The notes beneath the pieces were generated by a model. The model searched no databases and was not told the DNA's origin. It worked only from the letters and a program-made list of their open reading frames with translations. This document shows positions 7,721 through 14,335 of a DNA stretch of 19,662 nucleotides, piece by piece. The position numbers and the translations under genes are program-made. Origin of the DNA: Fibrobacterota bacterium (lineage in GTDB: Bacteria; Fibrobacterota; Fibrobacteria; UBA11236); assembly GCA_043753995.1 (NCBI GenBank), contig JAYUVP010000208.1:1-19662 (forward strand), in the 5' to 3' direction. Position 1 is the first letter of the stretch. Every line of letters starts with the position of its first letter.

Positions 7721-9520
7721 ATGCTGAAGCTTGCCCGAAATCTGCTTTTGTTTTGTGCCGCCCTGCCTTTTACCACCCTAGCCGCGACCATTCAAGCCAG
7801 ACCGCTTTGCGCCACGGCGAACTTTATGCGGACGGTCAATCTATCTCTCGGACAAGGCCCCGACGCCGTAAAAGCCAGGGCAGAATTGGCTGCCTCCGCT
7901 CGACGCGCCAAGGTACAAGCCACCAAGGCCAGGGCACGAACCTGGGTTACGCCTCATTTCACAATTCGATATGCCTTATTCGGTATCCATCAGGCGAAAA
8001 GAGGTGCCGCCGATAGTGTCCTGCTTCAGCGAATCGCCGAGGCCCAAAAAGCAACAGCCACCCTCACCGGAGACAATCGCGAAGCCGCCATATACCGATT
8101 CCTCGACAGCCTTCAAGCCCCCCACCCTGTTTATGTGCAAGAGGTTGGGCAAATTTTCGAAGACGCAAGGGCCTATTATGTCGACACTTTGAAAATGCGG
8201 ACACCTCAAGGGATTTCGCATTCCTTGGCCTTTGACGCCGAAATAGGCCCCAGCAATCACTTCTCCATCGATATCGCCGATATTGGCAGTTATGACTCAC
8301 CGAAATACAAATACGACCCCTATTATGGCCTCACCTTGCCGCCCCCAGATCTGGCCATAGTGCTTGAAAATGATTTTCTATGGAATGCGACCCTAAATTC
8401 CGACGGATCGGTTCGAGGCGATACAGTGGAAAGCCTTTTAAACGGCAGGGTTCTGCACAATTATGCCAGGGAATACGCCTTAGGTTTGCGAGTAACCATT
8501 TACCATGAATTCTATCACGCTATTCAGTTCAGCTATATCCCCAGAACAAGTTCTAGCAGCTATCACGCATGGTATGAACTATCTGCCGTAGGCATGGAAG
8601 AGCGCAAAGTTCCCGAAGCGAATGACTACTTGCAATACCTTCCCTGCCTTTTCGAGTCTCCAGGAAAATTCGGCTTATTCGCTACCGGGAGCCGATTTTG
8701 TAATCCGGAAGCGTCTTATTCCAATGCTCCCTTTCACCTCTTTTTGACCAAGGCCGTCGGGGAAAATTTCGACACCCGAATTTGGGAAAATCTCTCTAGC
8801 AATGGCGATGCTATTCAAAAGGCATTGCCCCTGTCGCTCAGTCAATTGGGTAGCTCTTTGGCAAAAACTTTTCCTGCTTATGCTGCCAATTTATTGCTTG
8901 CGGGTCAGTCTCCGAGCCCCAACCCTTTTTCCAGTGACATGCCCGAATGGCCGAGTATGGAGGCCGACAGTCTGAATCCCGATCAGCCTACCGTTTCTAT
9001 TTCTCAAACTTTGCCGCCCTTGTCCTATTTGCCTTTCAAATTGCCGGCAAACTTCAAAGCGGGCCGCATTTCGGGCCGCTTCACAGGGGATAGTTCCGCG
9101 GCCATGGTGCGTATTCACAGGGACTCTATTTTTATCGAGCCCTATGCTAATTCGCAGGCACTTTTAACTCCGCAAATGGGCGAGGGTGAAAAATGGTTGG
9201 TTTTAACCAATCTCAATCCTAATGGGAGTGAAGTCGTCAGCGTGAAAACCACGCAAATCCCTTTTTTGGCTTATCCGAATCCGCTTTCCAAGACTCAAAA
9301 TGATCGTTTACGATTTACCCAATCCAGCTTGGTCTCCTATCCCTTAAAGGTGGAAGTCGCATCAGAAATCGGTGAGGTCATTTTTTCCCAAGTCTTTGCC
9401 AGTCTCGATTCCATTTCCGACTGGACTTTGAAGGATTTAAAAAAGCAGGCCGTCAAACCAGGAATTTATCACCTGCGAGTTAACCAAAAACCCTGGGAAA
9501 CTCTCGTGCTCTTGCCTTAA
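7721..9520 (+). CDS. Secreted putative zinc metallopeptidase (HExxH, gluzincin-like) with a YPNP-type C-terminal domain
   Basis: Signal peptide MLKLARNLLLFCAALPFTTLA and GGAG upstream. IYHEFYHAIQFSY (HExxH at 8504-8518) is followed by AWYELSAVGMEE (candidate third Zn ligand). The C-terminal ~85 aa AYPNPLSK...VKPGIYHLRV resembles T9SS type A/FlgD-like tails. From memory the motif pattern resembles the MXAN_6640 family (unverified). Confidence 0.8.
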   Translation: MLKLARNLLLFCAALPFTTLAATIQARPLCATANFMRTVNLSLGQGPDAVKARAELAASARRAKVQATKARARTWVTPHFTIRYALFGIHQAKRGAADSVLLQRIAEAQKATATLTGDNREAAIYRFLDSLQAPHPVYVQEVGQIFEDARAYYVDTLKMRTPQGISHSLAFDAEIGPSNHFSIDIADIGSYDSPKYKYDPYYGLTLPPPDLAIVLENDFLWNATLNSDGSVRGDTVESLLNGRVLHNYAREYALGLRVTIYHEFYHAIQFSYIPRTSSSSYHAWYELSAVGMEERKVPEANDYLQYLPCLFESPGKFGLFATGSRFCNPEASYSNAPFHLFLTKAVGENFDTRIWENLSSNGDAIQKALPLSLSQLGSSLAKTFPAYAANLLLAGQSPSPNPFSSDMPEWPSMEADSLNPDQPTVSISQTLPPLSYLPFKLPANFKAGRISGRFTGDSSAAMVRIHRDSIFIEPYANSQALLTPQMGEGEKWLVLTNLNPNGSEVVSVKTTQIPFLAYPNPLSKTQNDRLRFTQSSLVSYPLKVEVASEIGEVIFSQVFASLDSISDWTLKDLKKQAVKPGIYHLRVNQKPWETLVLLP

Positions 9521-9547
9521 GCCAAGGCTCCAAAGTCAAATGTCTCG

Positions 9548-10042
9548 CTAGGCGAGCACCGAATTCGATTTGCGCGGAGATCTTCCATCTGGTGCGGGTC
9601 GAAGAGGGTTACCAACCGATGGCGGTTTCACTTGAGGTGGATTCGCCTTCAATTGCTTTTGGGCGGCCAAATAAACTTCCATTTCGCGCCGCCAGGCTTT
9701 AACACCCTGATGCCTATGCAAGGCCAGGCGACGGGCCTTGAGGTTCCGCAAGGCTCGCTGGGTGTTCATGCGAAAAACCAAGGCTCGCGTCACTTCCTGT
9801 TGCGTTAAGTTGCCATTATTGGACAGCCGATTCGGTCTTTGTGTGGAAACCATTTCCAAATTCAAAGGACTAGGTGTTGAAGTCCCCTGGTGCGGCGCGG
9901 CAACAGGTTCAACCACGACCATGGGAAATTCAAAGCGCTTGAGATTTGTCCCATAGGCAAAAACCGAAGAAATGGGAATCACTCCAACCAGAGCTATGGG
10001 TAATGCCCAGGAGCAATTTTTTATCCATGGCGGGAAAAACAT
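9548..10042 (-). CDS. Hypothetical exported, basic, Pro-rich protein
   Basis: GAGG Shine-Dalgarno upstream (gagttgaggatgtcATG), hydrophobic N-terminus ending SVFA|Y, Arg/Lys-rich helical middle. It fills the gap up to the convergent peptidase gene. Confidence 0.65.
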   Translation of the reverse strand: MFFPPWIKNCSWALPIALVGVIPISSVFAYGTNLKRFEFPMVVVEPVAAPHQGTSTPSPLNLEMVSTQRPNRLSNNGNLTQQEVTRALVFRMNTQRALRNLKARRLALHRHQGVKAWRREMEVYLAAQKQLKANPPQVKPPSVGNPLRPAPDGRSPRKSNSVLA

Positions 10043-10266
10043 GACATCCTCAACTCATTGGCTGAAATCGAGACTTCCTCATGCGGATAGTCCCGTTGCC
10101 AAGCCTTCATCATAGCCACGACATACGGAAAGGAGCTCTCCATTTGATGGGGACGAAATCGGTGCCCCAGGTTCCACGGCTGGGTATGAGAATTGGCAGA
10201 TCCATGGTAACCCCAGACTCCAAAAGGCCTTAGAGCCTCAACTAAATCCGGGAATTGGGGTTCCAT
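10021..10266 (-). CDS. Small hypothetical protein (81 aa)
   Basis: ATG starts 11 nt after the regulator stop, with AGGA immediately upstream; overlaps the next gene by 22 nt; no recognisable motif. Confidence 0.4.
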   Translation of the reverse strand: MEPQFPDLVEALRPFGVWGYHGSANSHTQPWNLGHRFRPHQMESSFPYVVAMMKAWQRDYPHEEVSISANELRMSCFSRHG

Positions 10267-10277
10267 AATCCTAAGCC

Positions 10278-12077
10278 CTAAACGCGGTTGGGCTTATAGT
10301 CTTCTTTGTGAATGCCTAACCTATCCATAATGTCGCGCAAGACCTTGCGATCAATGCCCAGAAATGAGGCCGCCAAAGTCAAATTGCCACGTGCCTTGGT
10401 CATGGCGGTTTGAATCGCATGCATTTCGGCCTGCTCTCGTACCGCCTTGAGCGAAATCAATTCCGGCGCTTCATCTAAAGGCAAATCCAAGGTTTCAGCG
10501 TCAATCACGCGTGAGCTCGAATTCAGCAAGGCTTTTTGGATTTTGTTTTCCAATTCGCGCACATTTCCCGGCCAATGATATTTGAGCAAGGCCTTCTCCG
10601 CCGACTTAGTCAGGGCTGCCAAATTCATATTGAAGGCAGAGCATGCCTTTTTCAGGATGTGATTGGCTAGGAGTAGAACATCCCCTTCGCGATCTCGCAG
10701 TGGAGGCAAATGCAATTGGAAAAGGTTGAGCCGATAAAACAAATCCTCGCGGAATCGGCCTTCCCTCACTTCGTATTCAAGATTGTGATGCGTCGCTGCG
10801 ATGATCCGCACGTCTACGGGAACATCTTCATGCCCACCGATGCGGCGAATGCGGGCGCTTTGAAGTGCTCGCAAAAACTTCACCTGCATGAGCAAGGGCA
10901 ATTCGCCCACCTCATCCAGAAATAGGGTGCCGCCATCGGCTTGTTCGAATAACCCTTTTTTCAAGCCCGTCGTACCAGCGATGGCACCGCGCTCATGTCC
11001 GAAAAGCTCACTCTCAATGAGATGCTCGGGCATGGCCCCGCAGTTCACGGAAATGAAGGGTCCCGTCGACCGGGTACTGCGTTTGTGTATGGTATTGGCC
11101 AATACATCCTTGCCCGTGCCGCTTTCCCCCAGAATGAGAACAGGGACATGGCTGGTGGCGACCCGCGCCGCGGCCTCAACCACCTTGACCATTTGCGGCG
11201 AGGAATAAATCAAGTCACCGCTGCCTTTGACATCTTTCAGGGAGCGTATCTGCTCTTCTTGGCGCAAGTGCTGTTGATTGATTCCCAAAATGGCGCCAAG
11301 CACTCGCTCAATGCGTTCGAAAAGACGGCGTTGAGCTTCAGTGAATGCGTTTTCGCTGCGACGGCGATGCAAGTAAACCAGGCCGCCAATTTTGCCGGTA
11401 TAGCGGTTCTTCAGGGGAGAGACAAGAATACTGTGGATGTTTTTGTGTTGAAGCGATTGCAGGCTTGAACCCGTTAATTCGTCGCTCACCGACCAAAGCA
11501 CGGTTTCATTGCCTTGCATGGCCGCCTTTACCGCCGAATGCGAGTAGAGGTCATTGTCTTCAGGTACCGAATGCAAGAGACGCAGTCCACCCAATTCATC
11601 GACGGTGAAAAGAAACCCGCCATCGGCTTCGATTAATTGCATGCCCAATTCAAGTATGTCTTCCGTGGACTTGCGCTTATCGGGGTTTTCCAAAAGACGG
11701 ATCACGCCTTCCAACAAGGCCTCGACAGCCGTGTCCTGTGGGACCTCGCCTCCTCCCGTTTTCGAAGGAGCGTCTGCCTTGGTCAAAACCGCCGCATCAG
11801 GGGGAGGTTCGGGGGTATCTACCCGATAGATTTCCGATCCGATATGAATGCGATCCCCTTGCCCTAAGGCCAATTCCGAGACGGGAGAGCCGTTGACTTC
11901 CACCGTTCCGTTCAGGGCGATAAGGCGATAGATTCCGCCCTGCTTCAGAATTTGAAAATGAATCTTCCGCACTTGATCGCCGCGAACGACCAAATTGTTG
12001 ATCGAACCGCTGCCGACCGTAAAAACTGCCGTGGAAAGCCCATGGCTTTCGCCGGTTTGCTCATGGATGAGGTTCAG
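10278..12077 (-). CDS. NtrC/Fis-family AAA+ enhancer-binding protein, FHA-GAF-AAA-HTH, with non-canonical GAFTGA loop
   Basis: FHA-like N-terminus (FTVGSG...IHFQI...VNG...LGQGDRIHIG), GAF-like region (ADGGFLF...SILVSPL...GGLVYLH), Walker A GESGTGKD, ESELFGHERGAIAGT, Walker B LFLDEV, RFREDLFYRLN, WPGNVRELEN, Fis-type HTH GNLTLAASFLGIDRKVL. Start uncertain: CTG 12077 (perfect SD) or TTG 12134 (track). Confidence 0.93.
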   Translation of the reverse strand: MNLIHEQTGESHGLSTAVFTVGSGSINNLVVRGDQVRKIHFQILKQGGIYRLIALNGTVEVNGSPVSELALGQGDRIHIGSEIYRVDTPEPPPDAAVLTKADAPSKTGGGEVPQDTAVEALLEGVIRLLENPDKRKSTEDILELGMQLIEADGGFLFTVDELGGLRLLHSVPEDNDLYSHSAVKAAMQGNETVLWSVSDELTGSSLQSLQHKNIHSILVSPLKNRYTGKIGGLVYLHRRRSENAFTEAQRRLFERIERVLGAILGINQQHLRQEEQIRSLKDVKGSGDLIYSSPQMVKVVEAAARVATSHVPVLILGESGTGKDVLANTIHKRSTRSTGPFISVNCGAMPEHLIESELFGHERGAIAGTTGLKKGLFEQADGGTLFLDEVGELPLLMQVKFLRALQSARIRRIGGHEDVPVDVRIIAATHHNLEYEVREGRFREDLFYRLNLFQLHLPPLRDREGDVLLLANHILKKACSAFNMNLAALTKSAEKALLKYHWPGNVRELENKIQKALLNSSSRVIDAETLDLPLDEAPELISLKAVREQAEMHAIQTAMTKARGNLTLAASFLGIDRKVLRDIMDRLGIHKEDYKPNRV

Positions 12078-13572
12078 AGGACCGTCCCTCCTTCTCGAAC
12101 TGAAAAACCGTCGGCTCGCCAGGCACAACGGCAATGGAATCTGACATCACGTGCCGCTTGCGATTATCGCGGATCTCCAACATATATCGGTCTTCAGGCA
12201 GTTGTATGGGTTTGCGAGAGCGGTATTCGGAACCATTTACCCAATAAGTGTATCCGCGCGGCAATCCTTCGACCACTAGCACGCCATAAGCCCTTGAAGT
12301 TGGCCCAACATTCGCAGTCGAACGCGCCGACTCGGTCCCTAAGCCATCCGGATCGTTTTTGAGCTGTTCATTTTGCCTTTCCATCAGGCTTTGACCGAGG
12401 TCCTCTACAAAGCCGACATGACTAATGCTGCGATAGAGGGTGAGTATGAAAACCAAAGAAAGTACACCCATGGCTATGGCCATTTTGTGCCGAGTAGAAA
12501 AGAGCATCCGTCTCTGAGTCTCGGCGAGAGAGCGAGTATCCATTCTCTCATTCAAACGCGTTCCCAGCTCAATCAAGCTTGCCTGGGCCTCCTCGTCCTC
12601 GGGAATAAGGTCGAGCAATTCCTTGGCAAGGGCAAAAGCAGCTTCGATGCGCCCTTCTTGGCGAGCCCTTACCACTTCACTCCATAGCCATTGCCGATGA
12701 TCTCTCAATAAATAGGGCTGCAAGGCCATGCCGGTTTGCAGCATATCGGCTCCTAATACTTCGCTCTCGGCATGAATGGCCTCTAGCAACCCGTGCAAGG
12801 AGGCCGGCCTTTCTTGAGGGTCTTGCCGAAGACAATCGCGAATCGGCTGGCGCATGGCCGGAGGCAGGGCCTCAAAGGATTCGGGGGGTGGGCCCGCTTG
12901 AATGCGTGATAAAACTTCATTCGCAGATCCGCCCCCAAGGAGGCGCTTTTGAGCAAAAATTTCGAGCAATACCAAGGCTAGGGCATAGTATTCACTGCGT
13001 GGAGTATAGGGTGCCTGCCCACGCAAAAGCTCGGGCGCAATATAAGCCAAGGTGCCACGCAAGGTCGCCCCTTGGGGATCGGTCATCATGGTGGGATTGG
13101 CTCGCGCCAGGCCCAAGTCAAGCAGCTTCACCCGTCCCTGGCGATCCACCATCACATTTTCAGGCTTGATGTCACGATGGACCACATCGCTATTGTGCAA
13201 GAAATTCATTACCTCGACCAGTTGCCGCGCCAAATTGAGTTTGAAAGGGAGTGGCAAAGGAGGAATGCCGACCAGGGGTTGCAATAATTTGCCAAAGTCC
13301 AGGCCATTCACATATTCCATCACAATGCACCAGTACGAGCCTTCTTGCCCGTAATCGAAAACCTGTACCAAGCTTGGGTGTTTGAGAGACGCACTGAGCC
13401 GGGCTTCGCCGCCGAAGCGCTGAATGGCCCCGGAATTCACCAAGGCGGCATATTTCAAACGCTTGATGGCCACCAGCCTATCCAGGCTGTTTTGCTTGGC
13501 GCGAAAAACTTCGGCTTCGCCGCCTTCGGCTACCAATACCCAGTCGCGAAAATCAATGGATGAAAAAGCCAT
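12061..13572 (-). CDS. Membrane-anchored Hanks-type Ser/Thr protein kinase with C-terminal PEGA-like domain
   Basis: AEGGEAEVF (Gly loop), VAIKRL, HRDIKPEN, DLG, GTLAYIAPE, DPQERP. These are followed by a TPR-like helical hairpin, TM helix MAIAMGVLSLVFILTLY and PEGA-like YGVLVVEGLPRGYTYWVNG...LPEDRYMLEI. Start moved to ATG 13572, 2 nt after the TPR gene stop. Confidence 0.93.
   Translation of the reverse strand: MAFSSIDFRDWVLVAEGGEAEVFRAKQNSLDRLVAIKRLKYAALVNSGAIQRFGGEARLSASLKHPSLVQVFDYGQEGSYWCIVMEYVNGLDFGKLLQPLVGIPPLPLPFKLNLARQLVEVMNFLHNSDVVHRDIKPENVMVDRQGRVKLLDLGLARANPTMMTDPQGATLRGTLAYIAPELLRGQAPYTPRSEYYALALVLLEIFAQKRLLGGGSANEVLSRIQAGPPPESFEALPPAMRQPIRDCLRQDPQERPASLHGLLEAIHAESEVLGADMLQTGMALQPYLLRDHRQWLWSEVVRARQEGRIEAAFALAKELLDLIPEDEEAQASLIELGTRLNERMDTRSLAETQRRMLFSTRHKMAIAMGVLSLVFILTLYRSISHVGFVEDLGQSLMERQNEQLKNDPDGLGTESARSTANVGPTSRAYGVLVVEGLPRGYTYWVNGSEYRSRKPIQLPEDRYMLEIRDNRKRHVMSDSIAVVPGEPTVFQFEKEGRSSEPHP
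12087..12093 (-). promoter_or_regulatory. Shine-Dalgarno AAGGAGG inside the kinase 3' end, 9 nt before an in-frame CTG of the regulator
   Basis: Minus strand reads gagAAGGAGGgacggtcctCTGaacctcatc. Confidence 0.5.
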
Positions 13573-13574
13573 GA

Positions 13575-14273
13575 TTATGGAGCGGTGATTTTCTTCACAG
13601 CCGCACCCATACGAGACATCAAGGCTCCATTCCCCGGCGAGCGGCCCAAACCCTGTTTCCAAGTGACAAGTGCCGCCTCAGCATCCCCTGACTCCCAAAG
13701 AACATTGCCCAAATTCAGGTAGGCGCTGATGAAGTCGGGATCAATGGCGAGCAAATACTCCAAAGTTTGCTGAGCCTCGTGATAATCACCCAAGCGATAG
13801 GCCACAATGCCGGCGAGATTGAGAACATATTTGTTGCGAGGCTCAATGACACGTGCGACTTTCAAATAGTCGCGCGCCTGTGAAAATCGCTGCTTTTGAT
13901 AAAGCTTATTACTGAGATGAAATAAAGCAAAAGCCTGATTGGGTGCCTGAGAAGGAGCCGAGCCGAGCTTGGTGGAAATTTCATAGGCCCGAACGACTTC
14001 CAGCCAATCTCCCACCTGATCTTGACCCAAAGCTTTTTTATGAAGACATAGCTCCTGCTCAGCGAGGGCAAAACCGTAGCGCGCGTCAAAATCAACGGGA
14101 TCCTTGTCAATGGCCTTTTCGAAATAAGCCTTGGCACGCACAAAATCACCGATGCGATAGCATTCGCGAGCCATTTTCATTTCATTGCTACAAGCGGTTA
14201 AACCGATGACAATGGTCAAAACGCCACCCCATACCGCGGCGCGCCCGACCCTTTGCTTCAGCAATTCCAGCAT
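13575..14273 (-). CDS. TPR-repeat lipoprotein
   Basis: Lipobox GLTA|C. TPR patterns: GDFVRAKAYFEKAIDKDP, AGIVAYRLGDYHEAQQTLEYLLAIDP, AYLNLGNVLWESGDAEAALVTWKQGLGRSP. AGGGG upstream. Confidence 0.9.
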   Translation of the reverse strand: MLELLKQRVGRAAVWGGVLTIVIGLTACSNEMKMARECYRIGDFVRAKAYFEKAIDKDPVDFDARYGFALAEQELCLHKKALGQDQVGDWLEVVRAYEISTKLGSAPSQAPNQAFALFHLSNKLYQKQRFSQARDYLKVARVIEPRNKYVLNLAGIVAYRLGDYHEAQQTLEYLLAIDPDFISAYLNLGNVLWESGDAEAALVTWKQGLGRSPGNGALMSRMGAAVKKITAP

Positions 14274-14290
14274 AGTCTTAAACCCCTACG

Positions 14291-14296
14291 ATTATA
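14291..14296 (-). promoter_or_regulatory. Possible -10 element (TATAAT) upstream of the TPR-kinase-regulator cassette
   Basis: Exact TATAAT in the 62-nt intergenic gap, 17 nt before the ATG; no convincing -35 element. Confidence 0.3.
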
Positions 14297-14335
14297 ACCC
14301 CAATGTCCCCTGCTATTGCTAGCATGAACAAGAAC

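Noticed and set aside
9514..9528. GCCTT-aagcc-AAGGC hairpin as a bidirectional terminator
   Set aside because: Only a 5-bp stem and no U-tract on either strand.
11945..12064. ATG overlapping the kinase stop as the regulator start, implying a frameshift or pseudogene
   Set aside because: The FHA-like sequence is continuous in the other frame from upstream of this ATG, so no frameshift is needed.
13573..13662. 30-aa N-terminal kinase extension in the track
   Set aside because: It overlaps the TPR gene; ATG 13572 directly follows the TPR stop and precedes subdomain I.
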